This document shows, piece by piece, positions 1 to 12,121 of a stretch of 64,000 nucleotides of DNA. Below the pieces are notes generated by a model, which ran no database searches, was not told the origin of the DNA, and was given only the letters and a program-made list of their open reading frames with translations. The first letter of the stretch is position 1. Each line of letters begins with the position of its first letter. This DNA is from Octopus sinensis (taxonomy: Eukaryota), in the NCBI RefSeq assembly GCF_006345805.1, contig NC_043003.1:103354001-103418000 (forward strand), in the 5' to 3' direction. A program made the position numbers and the translations under genes.

Positions 1-237
1 AGATAGATAGAAAAACTGACAGACAAGCAGACTGGCAGATAGCCAGGCATACTGATAGACAGACAGACAGACTAATAGATATACAGACTGTCAGGCAGAC
101 AGGCAGATAGACAGACAGACAGACCTACCAACAGACAGACAGGCAGGCTAACTAATAGACAGACAGACGGACAGGTGTACCAACGGATAGACAGATAGGC
201 GGGGAACTAGACGAATATATACTTCACACGCAGCCAC

Positions 238-292
<55 letters not shown>
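1..292. repeat. Compound (GACA/GATA)n microsatellite followed by (TAG)n
   Basis: Read directly from sequence; (TAG)n at about 237-292 produces the spurious poly-Tyr ORF. Confidence 0.95.
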
Positions 293-294
<2 letters not shown>

Positions 295-685
295 ATTTCG
301 TCAGATTCATACAGGAATTTTACCAACCGATAAAACTTACCTTCAATACACACAATTACAAATACATATGCACAAGCATGCATGTGGAGGCACATACACA
401 TGCATATATGCACGCACACTCACACACACAAGCATGCACATTACACATCAACATAGAGAGAATGTGCAGATGCAGTGCTAAATTGCACATTCCACTCTTC
501 TGTAATACGATCCGTGCATCTCGCATTCTTTTTGCATCTGATGCAGTTGTATTACACTGGCATAAAATGAGGTGATTTCATACATACACACCTACATAAT
601 ATACATATATATATATATTTATAAATATATATATATACACGCATGTGTCTGTCTACTATCTATCTATATCTATATATATATATAT

Positions 686-972
686 ATCACCGTAACCGAC
701 CAGGCTATCAGATGTTGCTATACATCACTGGTCACAATGCGCTTCGCATTGTTTTAGCCTTCAAAGGCTAAGCGAGCAGGCCAACAGAAGAAAGAGTGAG
801 AGAAAGTTGCGGCGAAAGAGTACAACAGGGACCGCCACCCCCACCCCCTGTCGGAGCCTCGTGGAGCTTTAGGTGTTTTCGCTCAATAAACACTCACAAC
901 GCCCGGTCTGGGAATCGAAACCGCGATCCTACGACCGCGAGTCCGCTGCCCTAACCACTAGGCCATTGCGCC
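686..972 (-). mobile_element. tRNA-headed SINE (family C)
   Basis: Minus strand begins GGCGCAATGGCCTAGTGGTTAGGGCAGCGGACTCG...GGTTTCGATTCCC, with Pol III A and B boxes. The same head and body recur at about 18590-18765. Confidence 0.8.
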
Positions 973-973
973 G

Positions 974-1043
<70 letters not shown>

Positions 1044-1218
1044 TTATATATAGCTAAAGATGACTACAGTTACACAACTTTAAGTTTTATGCCGACAATG
1101 GTAATCATCAGATGGAGCAAAGAAGCGTTTTAATGAAGTTCTTTTAATAGTTTCCAGTGGTTAGTATAACACGTAAACATCCGGTTGATTAGCGCAAATA
1201 CATACATACATACATACA

Positions 1219-1249
<31 letters not shown>

Positions 1250-1299
1250 CATCAGATAATTCATGTTATATATGTTAAGGGACAAGAGTACTCAATATA

Positions 1300-1640
1300 A
1301 AGAATTCTACTGCATCGTTTATCTTTTTACTTGTTTCGGTCATTGGACGACGGCCATGCAAGGGCACCGCCATGAAATTACATTTTTTTCTTTTTTCTTC
1401 TCTTTCTTTTTTACTTTTTCTATCGTCCCCTTTTACCACACCACTAATGTGCGGAGGTGCAAACAAACCGATATCTGTGGAGGTGGGACAAACACACACA
1501 CACACACACACACACACATGGGGCTTGCTTTCATGCAGTTCCCCTTTACCAAATCTACTTGCATAGCATTGCTCGCATCGGGGCTATAAAAGACACTTGC
1601 CCAAGGTTCTTCACAGTGGAATTGAACGCGAAGCTGTTTG
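1300..1640 (-). mobile_element. SINE family A, diverged copy
   Basis: Shares GACACTTGCCCAAG, CAGTTCCC..TACCAAAT and CGGCCATGC blocks with the copies at 2950-3360 and 41847-42215. Confidence 0.7.
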
Positions 1641-2000
1641 GTTGTAAAGTGTGCTTCAAATTTTATATTCAGCGTGTTGGTTGTTTTCGTAAGAATTTTT
1701 CTCGATAATCCACGGATTACTATGTTTGACCAGTTAATATATAATGTACTGCGATAAAATATTTTCTAATTTACTTTGAAGTTGCTGATAGCATTGTCCT
1801 TCAACTTCCATATGTATGGATACAATTGTGGTAGTTCTCTTTATTTCTGTGGTTAGCAGAGCTCGAAAGAACGATAATGTTGGAAGGTGCCAAAAGTGTT
1901 GTGACCTTCAGTTGCCATCTCATAAATACAATGTCCTGCCGGGAATGCAGACGTTGTGATATAAAACACATGTATACACGAACACATACACACACACACA

Positions 2001-2124
<124 letters not shown>

Positions 2125-2229
2125 TCATATATTGTTATTTAACGCTACGTCTATAACAGATATCTCAGGGTGAATACCGCAGGAAATTTTGCTTTCCGTG
2201 GTATCTGCATTAAGTATGATACTCAGATT

Positions 2230-2266
<37 letters not shown>

Positions 2267-2949
2267 TTCTCTCTCTTCTTATCTCTCTCCTTCTCTCTCT
2301 CCCCATACACCCGCGCGCACGCGTACACACACACACACACCTATATATATTCCGAATTTGTGTAAATGTGTATAGAATGATATATAAGTTGAATAAAGTT
2401 AAAACATGGTCTGATTTTCACGTTTTTTTTTTATTATTATAGTATTTTTTTTAATATAATTTTTTTCACAATGTGTGTTAAACATTAAAAAAATGTTTTG
2501 TAATGTTCATAAAGTTCAATTAGCGCTTTCATACGTTCGTAGTAATCATCAGATTTCAAAATGTATTTAACTGACAGTTGAGTTCTTGTCAACTGTAGAA
2601 AAATTTCAAATTCAATGTGTTTTCGTAACAATTTTTTTCCTTTTTTGTACCTTTTAAAAGGCTCCAAGAAGCCGAAGTTTTGGAATACGTTTTTGAACAA
2701 TCCACCTGCAGCTTAAATGTCACGGTTTGCAGGCCGTACGATATTACTGACATAGATCCTGCCTTTATTTTAACCAATTAGCATGTAATAGTCTTATGGG
2801 TGAGCAAACTTAGTTCGTTTCGGTCGTTTTTATTCCAGTTGGTGGGAGTTTTCTGCAATTTGTTTATATTCATATGTTAAAGATAGTTTTTTAATCCACA
2901 TCATTAACTGGTTGTTATATTATTATTGTTATTTCCGTTCAGAACAGGT

Positions 2950-3360
2950 TTACTCTTTTCTCTTTACTCTTTTACATGTTTCAGTCATTTGACTGCGGCC
3001 ATGCTGGAGCACCGCCTTTAGTCGAGCAAATCGACCCCGGGACTTATTCTTTGTAAGCCCAGTACTTATTCTATCGGTATCTTTTGCCGAACCGCTAAGT
3101 GACGGGGACATAAACACACCAGCATCGGTTGTCAAGCAATGCTAGGGGAACAAACACAAACACACACACATACATATATATATATATACATATATACGAC
3201 AGGCTTCTTTCAGTTTCCGTCTACCAAATCCGCTCACAAGGCATTGGTCGGCCCGAGGCTATAGCAGAAGACACTTGCCCAAGATGCCACGCAGTGGGAC
3301 TGAACCCGGAACCATGTGGTTGGTTAGCAAGCTACTTACCACACAGCCACTCCTGCGCCT
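2950..3360 (-). mobile_element. SINE family A, full length
   Basis: tRNA-like head (GGAGTGGCTGTGTGGTAAG...GGTTCAGTCCCAC), internal (TA/CA)n, and tail GGCGGTGCTCCAGCATGGCCGCAGTCAAATGACTGAAAC; many near-identical copies in the window. Confidence 0.85.
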
Positions 3361-3361
3361 T

Positions 3362-4220
3362 TGAACATTTGATAAATCGTTTTTCTTTTAACTTTCTTCG
3401 AACCTTACTTGTGTCTTGCAGTTTGTGGAAAGGAAAAATTAAAAATATTTTCTGACCACATGTTTCTATATGTTCGCTCAATGGAATTTGGCGGACATTA
3501 GTGTTCCGGATTTGTTGCCTGTGGACTCGTGAGCGTTCCGATAATGCATTCTCTGTTCCTCGCAATTAGGTCATTTAATACAGTAGATCAAATTTCTGCT
3601 TTTGCAGTTCATATCTGCATTTGTGAATACCTGTCCATTTGTTGTTCTAATGGAGCTACCAGTACGCATATATCGACACGTTCCACATCTGTTTTCATTA
3701 CACTTGGATACTGTGAATGTTTTATCTTGTTTTTTCATGTTGAATTTTGCCTTTGTTGATAGTTTCTTTAGGTTATGTGGCTGCCTTTTGTTTGATTAGT
3801 TATTATGTTTTTTTGTTTTTTTCACTTTGTTTCATGATTGGCAAATTTATTTTGATGATGTTAAAAATGTTTTGGTGATGCCGTTGTGTTACTAGAAATG
3901 GTAGGGTTCCGTTGATGGGGTCGTCTTTCTCGTGTTGCCCTAAGTTGTTCTATAGGTATCTCTTTTGCTCGTTTTATGCTATTTTCTATAAGTGGGAGAC
4001 GGTAATTTTGCTTGAGCAGAAATCCTTTGAATTCTGTAAGTCGTATGTTCCTGGTATTGGAATTATTTACTATAGTACAAATTTTCCTGACTAGACAATA
4101 CGGGATGTTGCGTTTTGCGTGTGTTAGGCAGCATAATTTGGAATTTAGGTACTGGTGTGTAGGTGTACTTCTGTAATAAATATCAGTTGCAACTGTGGTG
4201 TTGTTTTTAATTAAATATTT
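3362..4220 (-). pseudogene. Penelope-like element (PLE) 3' fragment: RT thumb plus GIY-YIG endonuclease, Neptune/Poseidon-like
   Basis: Translates TDIYYRSTPTHQYLNSKLCCLTHAKRNIPYCLVRKICTIV (PLE RT C-terminus), then KCNENRCGTC...NCKSRNLIYCIK and ENALSERSRVHRQQIR...PLSEHIETC...IFPFHKL (GIY-YIG region). Contains stops and frameshifts. Confidence 0.85.
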
Positions 4221-4322
4221 TTTTAATGTTTCACACATTTCAACATTGTATAAAAATTATTTTTTTTTAAAATACCATAATAAAAACCGTGAAAACCAGA
4301 CCATGTTTTAATTTCATTCAAC

Positions 4323-4325
<3 letters not shown>

Positions 4326-4419
<94 letters not shown>

Positions 4420-4459
4420 TAATATATATATATATATATATAGATATATAATGTATGTG

Positions 4460-4490
<31 letters not shown>

Positions 4491-4493
4491 CAT

Positions 4494-4573
<80 letters not shown>

Positions 4574-4592
4574 ATATATATATATATACATG

Positions 4593-4642
<50 letters not shown>

Positions 4643-4655
4643 AGTATATATATAT
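4326..4655. repeat. Long (TA)n / (TATG) microsatellite between two PLEs
   Basis: Read directly from sequence. Confidence 0.95.
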
Positions 4656-4753
4656 ACCGTATACCGCAGCTTTTTTCTCTAGAAGCTTATCCAGCTTGTT
4701 TTGAAAAATTGCCTTAAATCAGTTGAGAACTCTGCCCCGCAGAAGAATTTGAT

Positions 4754-6849
4754 ATGGACGCCTCCAGTATCGATTATTCTATGAAAATCATACCTATACC
4801 ATTCAGGGAACTATACTCTAAGAAACTTTTGGAGAAAATTACAGATCTTATTAAGCGTATGAGATGGAAAGCCTTCTTTTACAACATGGAAGAGGCTACT
4901 ACAGAGAACATATTTGATAAAATTTAATCAAAGAAATTCCCTCTTAAAATCAAGGACTTAGAAGACTTCGAAACGGACCTACTGAAGCTATAAACAAAAT
5001 AAATTCGTCTTTTAACACTTTCCAACAGAAACTGGAACATGACATCAAATACATAAGAAGTTCCAAAAAACGGGGGTTTTTCTGATAAAACCAAGAACTT
5101 ATACCTTGTAGAAAACAGCACATACTCACGACTTCTACATAACAACACTATTAATAATTACACTAAAGCTAGACCACAAGTTTATAACAATATTAATAAA
5201 GAAGCTAGCATTATCACCTCTAGGCTTAAATTAGATAAAAAATAGAGGTCCTCCCCAAAAAAGAGGCCTTTATAACTATTAAAGACCAGAAGAACTTCCT
5301 ATCTAATCCTAAATGTAGACTTATTAACCCAGCAAAATCAGAAATTGGTATTATTAGTAAAGAAATTTTAGGAAAAATCAATGCTGAAGTCAGAAATGCT
5401 ACTAGGTTAGTACAATGGTCTAATAGTATAGAAGTCGTTGATTGGTTTAAAGCCATTAGGAATAAGAATGAAGCGAGATTTACGCAATTCGACATTGTTG
5501 ATTTCTATGCTTCTATCTCTGAGGAACTGCTCGATAAAGCCCTCACCTTCACAAGCGAATTTAAAGAAATTAGTACACAAGATAAGGACATAATCTGCCA
5601 TGCTAGAAAGACCTTACTCTTCGGTGAGAATGCAGAGTGGGTTAAGTCAACCAATACAGAGGGTACCTTCGATGTGAGCATGGGGTCATATGATGGAGCA
5701 AGCATGTGCGATCTCATTGGACTATTCCTACTCGATACATTGGGTAAAACTTCTCCTGGTGTATATTTTGCCGTTTACAAAGATGATGCTCTAGCTTTAA
5801 CCACAAACACCAATGGACCAGCGCAAGATCGGTTTAGGAAGGACATTATCCAAATGGTGAAAACATTCGATCTTAGCAAAACAATAAATACCAACCTGAA
5901 GGTTGCCAATTTCCTAGATGTATCTTTAGATTTAAATAAGAATACTTACAAACTCTATAGAACGCCCAACGATAGACTTAGCTATATTAATGTAGGTCCC
6001 CCCCCCCCATAGAAATTTAAGAATTTAGTTAAAAACATTAGCAAGAGAATTTCTAGCTTCTCTTCCAATATAAACATTTTTAATAGTGCTTCCCCAATAT
6101 ACAAGAAAGCTCTAAAAGATACTGGTTTTAGCGAGGAAATAACCTAAACACCTGTTATTAGTCCAGTAACAAAGAAAAGGAAAAATAGGAATATAAAAAT
6201 TATCTGGTTCACACCCCCTTACTCCTCGAAGTGACCTTTAATATAGGTAGATATTTCTTATCCCTTATAGATAGGCATTTTCCAATCAATCATAATTATA
6301 GAAAGCTCTTTAATAGGCACAACTTAGAAATTAGTTTTAGTTCTACTACTAACTTAAAAAATATAATTACACACAACAAACAAGAACAACAAAATGGAGC
6401 TGGCTGTTCCTGCAGAGTTAAAAATTTGTGCCCGCTAAATGGAGCTTGTATGACTGATGCCATCATTTAAGAAGCCATCGTAGACTCTACAACCACTAAG
6501 GACATAGTTTCGTGAAATAAATATGTAGATATCATCACGGAAATTTTAAAGCCAGGTTCAACAATTACACTTTAAGCTTCAGACACTGGGATAAAATGAA
6601 AACAACCAAATTATCCAGTTATATATGGCCCTTAAAAGAAAAAGGTGTCACTGGAAGATCTTGGCCAAGCGTAAGCCTTACACCAACGGCAGTGGAAAGT
6701 GTGGTCTTTGCGATATGGAAAGATGGCTTATCTGGAAAAGTTCTTTAGACCCCGCTACATGTCTAAATTCAAGAACTGAACTTTTTGGGTCATGTCCATA
6801 TTTGGCAAAACATTTGTTACATTTTTGGGACCCCCAAGATCCCAGATAG
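4754..6849 (+). pseudogene. Near full-length decayed PLE ORF (RT plus C-terminal GIY-YIG), Hydra-clade-like
   Basis: Starts MDASSIDYSMKIIPIPFRELYSKKLLEKITDLIKRMRWKAFF. RT motifs FTQFDIVDFYASISEELL, FDVSMGSYDGASMCDLIGL and AVYKDDAL. Linker CSCRVKNLCPLNGAC (CxCx5Cx5C). C-terminus WKILAKRKPYTNGSGKCGLCDMERWLI...LNSRTELFGSCP. Multiple stops and frameshifts. Clade name is from recall. Confidence 0.85.
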
Positions 6850-6904
6850 AACCTGCTTTATCTTAAAGTTTATCTTAATATAAATATATAAAGCGTAAGC
6901 GTAG

Positions 6905-7215
6905 CTGTGTTCTAAGAAGTTTGCTTAACAACATGGTTCCGGGTTCAGTCCCACCGCATGGCATCTTGAACAAGTGTCTTGTGAATAGATTTGGTAGACG
7001 GAAACCGAAAGAATCCCTACTTGTGTGTGTGCGTGTGTGTATGTATCTTCATGTCTGTGTTTGTCCCCCAACACTGCTTGGTGTGTGTAAGTTCCCCTAA
7101 TTTAGCAGTTCGGCAGAAGAAAACGATAGAATAAGTACATGGCTTGAAAAATAAGCACTGGAGTCGATTCAGTGCCCCGGCATAGCTGCAGTCACATGAC
7201 CGGAACAAGCAAAAC
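6905..7215 (+). mobile_element. SINE family A, diverged copy
   Basis: CAACATGGTTCCGGGTTCAGTCCCAC head, GATTTGGTAGACGGAAAC body and a CATAGCTGCAGTCACATGAC tail; followed by (GATA)n. Confidence 0.7.
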
Positions 7216-7222
7216 ATAAAAG

Positions 7223-7294
<72 letters not shown>

Positions 7295-7771
7295 GACAGT
7301 AGTTTTGGTGATGTTGGCGGCGGCGGCGGTGGTTTGTGGTGATAATGGTGTCTGTGGCAAGCGCGTATGATCCAGATTTGATTTGGATAGTATTATGATG
7401 GTGATTTTAAAATAGTAATATAATCAAAATTCTCCCATAATACATACATCGTGAAGTCATATCATACTCCAGGGGTGTGTTGAACCCCTGGGTAAGATAG
7501 TGCCCAGATATATCGTAAAAACAGTTTTATGCTCAGTCGAATAACAAATATCATTTTAGATTTAAAATTCTATGATGTGGATTGCTTTGCATTCCTCAAT
7601 ACATATGGGAACGTTATCTACCGCTATGGATATACACACAGTAATACAAGTGTATGGACACACGCGCGCACATATAGACAGACGTTTTTACGATTCGAGC
7701 AAAGCACTTTGTGGATTGCTGCGATTTTTTCTTCCGTCTTCCTTTTCTCTTGGACTTTCCTCTGACTCCTC

Positions 7772-7804
7772 TTTCTGAAGAAGAGCCTTGCTCGAAACGT
7801 AAAA
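7772..7804 (+). ncRNA. Minimal type I hammerhead ribozyme motif with an extra A after A9
   Basis: TTT CTGAAGA A GAGC-CTT-GCTC GAA ACGT A AAA: intact core, 4-bp stem II, palindromic ACGT stem III, GUA cleavage triplet and 3-bp stem I. Lies in a short repeat of about 200 bp. Confidence 0.65.
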
Positions 7805-7892
7805 CACCCTTTCTTTCCCTCCCTGAGCGTTTTATTAACACTTTGCACCTACCACGTCCTCACATTGTTGTTTTTTCTTGTTTTTTTATTAA

Positions 7893-7929
<37 letters not shown>

Positions 7930-7941
<12 letters not shown>

Positions 7942-8190
7942 ATATATCACTTTGATCACTTTGACCGACCAATCCGTCAGGCGTCCATTTGACACCGCTG
8001 GTCACAGCACGCTGTCCACTCCTCTCTGGATCGCGCCTTTCTCATCCACGTGATCCCAATCGTCCTCTTGAAATCGTCACTCTACCGTCGTGGAGGTCTT
8101 CTGGGTGGTCTTTTCCGCTCACGCGGGTACCACTCGACAACTGCGTGCGTCCACCGATTATCGGTGAGCCGGGTGACGTGTCCAGCCCAT
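7930..8190 (-). mobile_element. RTE-clade LINE 3' end
   Basis: Translates WAGHVTRLTDNRWTHAVVEWYPRERKRPPRRPPRR*SDDFKRTIGITWMRKARSREEW, a typical RTE ORF C-terminus; flanked by (TA)n. Confidence 0.85.
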
Positions 8191-8422
8191 CTATATATAT
8201 ATATACACACACATATGTATGTGTGTGTATACATAATATTTTATTTTATTTTATATTGAGGAGTGTATGTAACCGAAATAGAGAGACACTCATAAATCAA
8301 TGTTTATGTGCATACATTTGAAATAGTGTATACACATATTCAGATAAACATCAAGAGATTTTTATCTGAATATACTCATCTCCGCAACATGCACAATTTA
8401 TCTCAAATCTCCCACGTTTCTG

Positions 8423-8473
8423 ATATCTGATGAGAAGGACGCGTGTATGCGGCCACGAAACTTAAAGTTATAT
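8423..8473 (+). ncRNA. Hammerhead-like motif with imperfect stem II
   Basis: ATAT CTGATGA [GAAGGACGCGTGTATGCGGCCAC] GAA AC-TTAAA-GT T ATAT: core and stems I and III fit, stem II is only partly paired. Confidence 0.4.
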
Positions 8474-9046
8474 GGAGCTCAGCCAAACTGCTATTAAAAT
8501 ATATATATATTTAGCTCCTAGAAAAATGCTTTGAGTGCCAGTTTCTTTCGTTTGTCCACTCACCCGTACACACACACACACATGTATTACATATCTATAT
8601 GTGTGTGTGTATGTGTGTGTGTGCATGAATACATATATTATACATACATATATGGTGATGATACTAACGGTGCTTCAGCATGGCCACAGCCTTTGGACTG
8701 AAACAAAAGAATAAAAAATGTACATATAACTATATATATATATATGAATATATATGTATGGATGGATGTATGTATGTATCTAAGTATCTATGTACGCAAG
8801 CTTGTATAGGCAGGTAAGTAGATACATTATATATTTATATGTTGGGTGGAATTTCAATGCTAACTTTCGCGTTCCTCTGCCAATCAGTGTATTTCAACCC
8901 GATATCTTCGCAATTGTGCAAGTTTGATACTTCTAACCGAATAAAATAAATTTGCTAGCCTCCCACATACTCTCCGTCTGGCTGAGACTTTGGCGAAACA
9001 TGAGATATGAAGGTCCGAGAAAAATGTTTATATAAAACAGTCTATA

Positions 9047-9077
<31 letters not shown>

Positions 9078-9233
9078 TAATTAAAATTAACAATTGAGGA
9101 TAAAATCTTTAAAGAAATTATCAGAAATTATCAGAAATTATCAATTTTGTTTATTTTAGTAGTTTTGACCGCATTGGTCCCTCTTAGCGTGTTGGTATCT
9201 ACGAATAGTAGTACCCTCAATATATATAATATA

Positions 9234-9322
<89 letters not shown>

Positions 9323-9354
9323 ATACTCACACACACACTCACATATATATATAT

Positions 9355-9710
9355 ACTTCTTTTTCTTCCTTTGTTTGTCATTTGACTGCGGCCATGCTGG
9401 AGCACCGCCTTTAGTCGAACAAATCGACCCCCAAGACTTATTCTTTGTAAGTTTGTACTTATTCTATCGGTCTCTTATGCCGCACCTCTAGGTTACGGAG
9501 ACGTAAACACACCAACATCGGTTGTCAAGCGATGGTGGAGGGACAAACATATATATATATGACGGGATTGTTTCAGTTTCTGTCTACCAAATCTACTCAG
9601 AAGGCTTTGGTCTACCCGAGGGTATACTAGAAGACACTTGCCTAAGGTGCAACGCAGTGGGACTGAAACCGGATCCATGTGGATTGTAAGCATGCTACTT
9701 ACCACAGAGC
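9355..9710 (-). mobile_element. SINE family A
   Basis: Same head, body and tail blocks as 2950-3360. Confidence 0.8.
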
Positions 9711-9762
9711 TATATATATATGTATATGTATACATGTATGTATATATGTATATGTGTGTGTG

Positions 9763-9862
<100 letters not shown>

Positions 9863-10099
9863 AGGCAACAACAATAAGATTGCCGTGGCAAGTAGAGCTT
9901 CAAAACAGTTTCCGTTGCTTTTTGCAAACGATACGTCTTGCAGATGCAGACCAATTTCAGTTCCCCTGGAATGCATACATATACAGACATACAGACTGAC
10001 TGACGGACAGTCAGATACACATACATATACACCACACCACATACATACATACATACATACATACATACATACATACATACATACATACATACATACATA

Positions 10100-10420
10100 C
10101 ATCATCATCATTGTTCGACCGTGGTCGAGACAATGGAATTTACTATGTTACGCCAGACTTCACGGTCCAGCATAGCATTACGGAGGTCCTGTTGTTGGAT
10201 GCCTGTATCCCTGGAGATTACATCAGGGTAGGAGTGTGTGCGCCCTCTGGTACCGCGAGCAGATGGCTTCCAGAGGAGAAGAGTAGAAATTACCTCGTTT
10301 TCAGCTCTACAACAATGTCCAGCAAACTGGACTCTTCTACCTTTCACAAGAGATGATACAGGTGGTAGTTTCCCATATATTTGTACTTTGGTTGGATGAC
10401 GCTTCCACGAGAGATTTTGT
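10100..10420 (-). mobile_element. RTE-X/RTE-like LINE 3' end inserted in (TACA)n
   Basis: Translates NLSWKRHPTKVQIYGKLPPVSSLVKGRRVQFAGHCCRAENEVISTLLLWKP...GRTHSYPDVISRDTG...AMLDREVWR; ends in a (TGA)n tail. Confidence 0.8.
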
Positions 10421-10441
10421 ATGCATGTATGTATGCATACA

Positions 10442-10472
<31 letters not shown>

Positions 10473-10824
10473 TGATTTCAAATTTTGGTACAGCAATTTC
10501 GGGAGATGGGGTAAATTGATTTCATCGACCAGTACTCAACTGGTACTTATTTTATCGACTGCGAAAAGATGAAACACAAAGTCAACTTCGATGGAATTTT
10601 AAATCAGAACGTAAAGTCGGAAGGAAAGCCGCTTAGCCTTTTGTCCGGCATGTTATCGGCTCCTCACGTTGCATTTATTAATATTTATTCTTTTATTCTT
10701 TTATTTGCTCAACCTCACATAGAATAGGGTTGACACTGGTAACAGGTTGCATAGGAAAAAATATGTAATCATGCTACTATTAACCTGTTTAATAATTACT
10801 GTTTTTCTCTCTTTTGTTTTCCAG

Positions 10825-10890
10825 AATGATCGTTTCCCACCAGAAGACACAGCTTCCTTCCACGTCATTTCAAATACTTCGTCACAGCAC
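10825..10890 (+). CDS. Internal small exon A, 66 nt, phase 0-0: NDRFPPEDTASFHVISNTSSQH
   Basis: Acceptor tttttctctcttttgttttccag|, donor CAC|gtaagt; open in frame 0. Confidence 0.7.
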
Positions 10891-10920
10891 GTAAGTTACT
10901 TCAATTTCTAGGTTGTATAT

Positions 10921-10979
<59 letters not shown>

Positions 10980-11107
10980 ATATATATATATATATGAGTA
11001 AGCTTGATTCTTTCAGTTATATGCCCTTTCGGACATGAACGTGTTTTTTCCTCTGTAGATACCTCTCGCTCATAAATGCATATATGCATACAAAATGCAT
11101 GCATATA

Positions 11108-11194
<87 letters not shown>

Positions 11195-11223
11195 GTGTGT
11201 GTGTGTGTGTGTACATATCTATA

Positions 11224-11260
<37 letters not shown>

Positions 11261-11348
11261 AGAGTTTACGAAAAAAACAAAAGACGAAGACAGGTGGTGT
11301 ACAAAACAAACAGATGTATTAGTATAACGCTCGGGAATAGAAAAAGTC

Positions 11349-11381
11349 TTTTACGTTTCGAGCCTACGCTCTTCTACAGAA
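11349..11381 (-). ncRNA. Minimal hammerhead-like motif (A6U core variant) in a short (TA)n-flanked repeat
   Basis: Minus strand reads TT CTGTAGA A GAGC-GTAG-GCTC GAA ACGT A AA; same design as 7772-7804. Confidence 0.45.
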
Positions 11382-11540
11382 GGGGACACAGAAAAAAAAA
11401 ATATATATATACATATAACGATTTAGGAGTGACCCCAACAGGTCACTCGTCCACCAGAAAGAGCAGCCATAACTCACACCGCCAAGTATTATTAATTCAG
11501 AAATTAGGTGAAAATTTAAAAACATTTACCCTAATTCATC

Positions 11541-11640
11541 CTTTTAGACGTTGCAACGTTTCTGTGTCATTAATGATTAAATTAGCTTAATTAAATTAAA
11601 TTAAGCCAATCTACCATAGGTTACACTTCATCAGTAAAAG
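11541..11640 (-). ncRNA. Type I hammerhead ribozyme motif, copy 1
   Basis: CTTTTA CTGATGA A GTGT...ACAC A GAA ACGTTGCAACGT C TAAAAG: 6-bp stem I, exact core, palindromic stem III and GUC triplet; predicted cut between 11547 and 11546. Confidence 0.65.
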
Positions 11641-12014
11641 ACCTGGGAGAGACAAATATACACGAGGCGTCTGTATTGATGCCTACGGGATATCTGACTT
11701 AAAATTTTCAAGACTGACGTATTCGCGCCAAACTTATCAACAGTAAATATAAACTGCCGATTCAATCTCAGAATTATTCAGAAAATTATCAATTAGTCAA
11801 TTTAGGGTAGCAAAAAATTCAATAGAAATTTATCGCAACCAGCGGCCTGGTGAAAAAGAGAAAATAGTCATCGACTAAATATATAAATATAACGATTTAG
11901 GAGTGACCCCAACAGGTCACTCGTCCACCAGAAAGAGCAGCCATAACTCACACCGCCAAGTATTATTAATTCAGAAATTAGGTGAAAATTTAAAAACATT
12001 TACCCTAATTCATC

Positions 12015-12100
12015 CTTTTAGACGTTGCAACGTTTCTGTGTCATTAATGATTAAATTAAATTAAGCCAATCTACCATAGGTTACACTTCATCAGTAAAAG
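12015..12100 (-). ncRNA. Type I hammerhead ribozyme motif, copy 2
   Basis: Same as copy 1 with a shorter loop II; predicted cut between 12021 and 12020. Confidence 0.65.
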
Positions 12101-12121
12101 ACCTGGGAGAGACAAATATAC

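Noticed and set aside
6380-6900. Selenocysteine recoding in the PLE, as reported for some Naiad elements
   Set aside because: The linker and endonuclease cysteines I read are TGT/TGC, no SECIS-like hairpin is evident, and the domain order is C-terminal EN rather than Naiad-type.
8800-8820. Perfect donor CAG|gtaagt at about 8814
   Set aside because: Embedded in a degenerate (GTAT/GTAG)n tract with no upstream acceptor.
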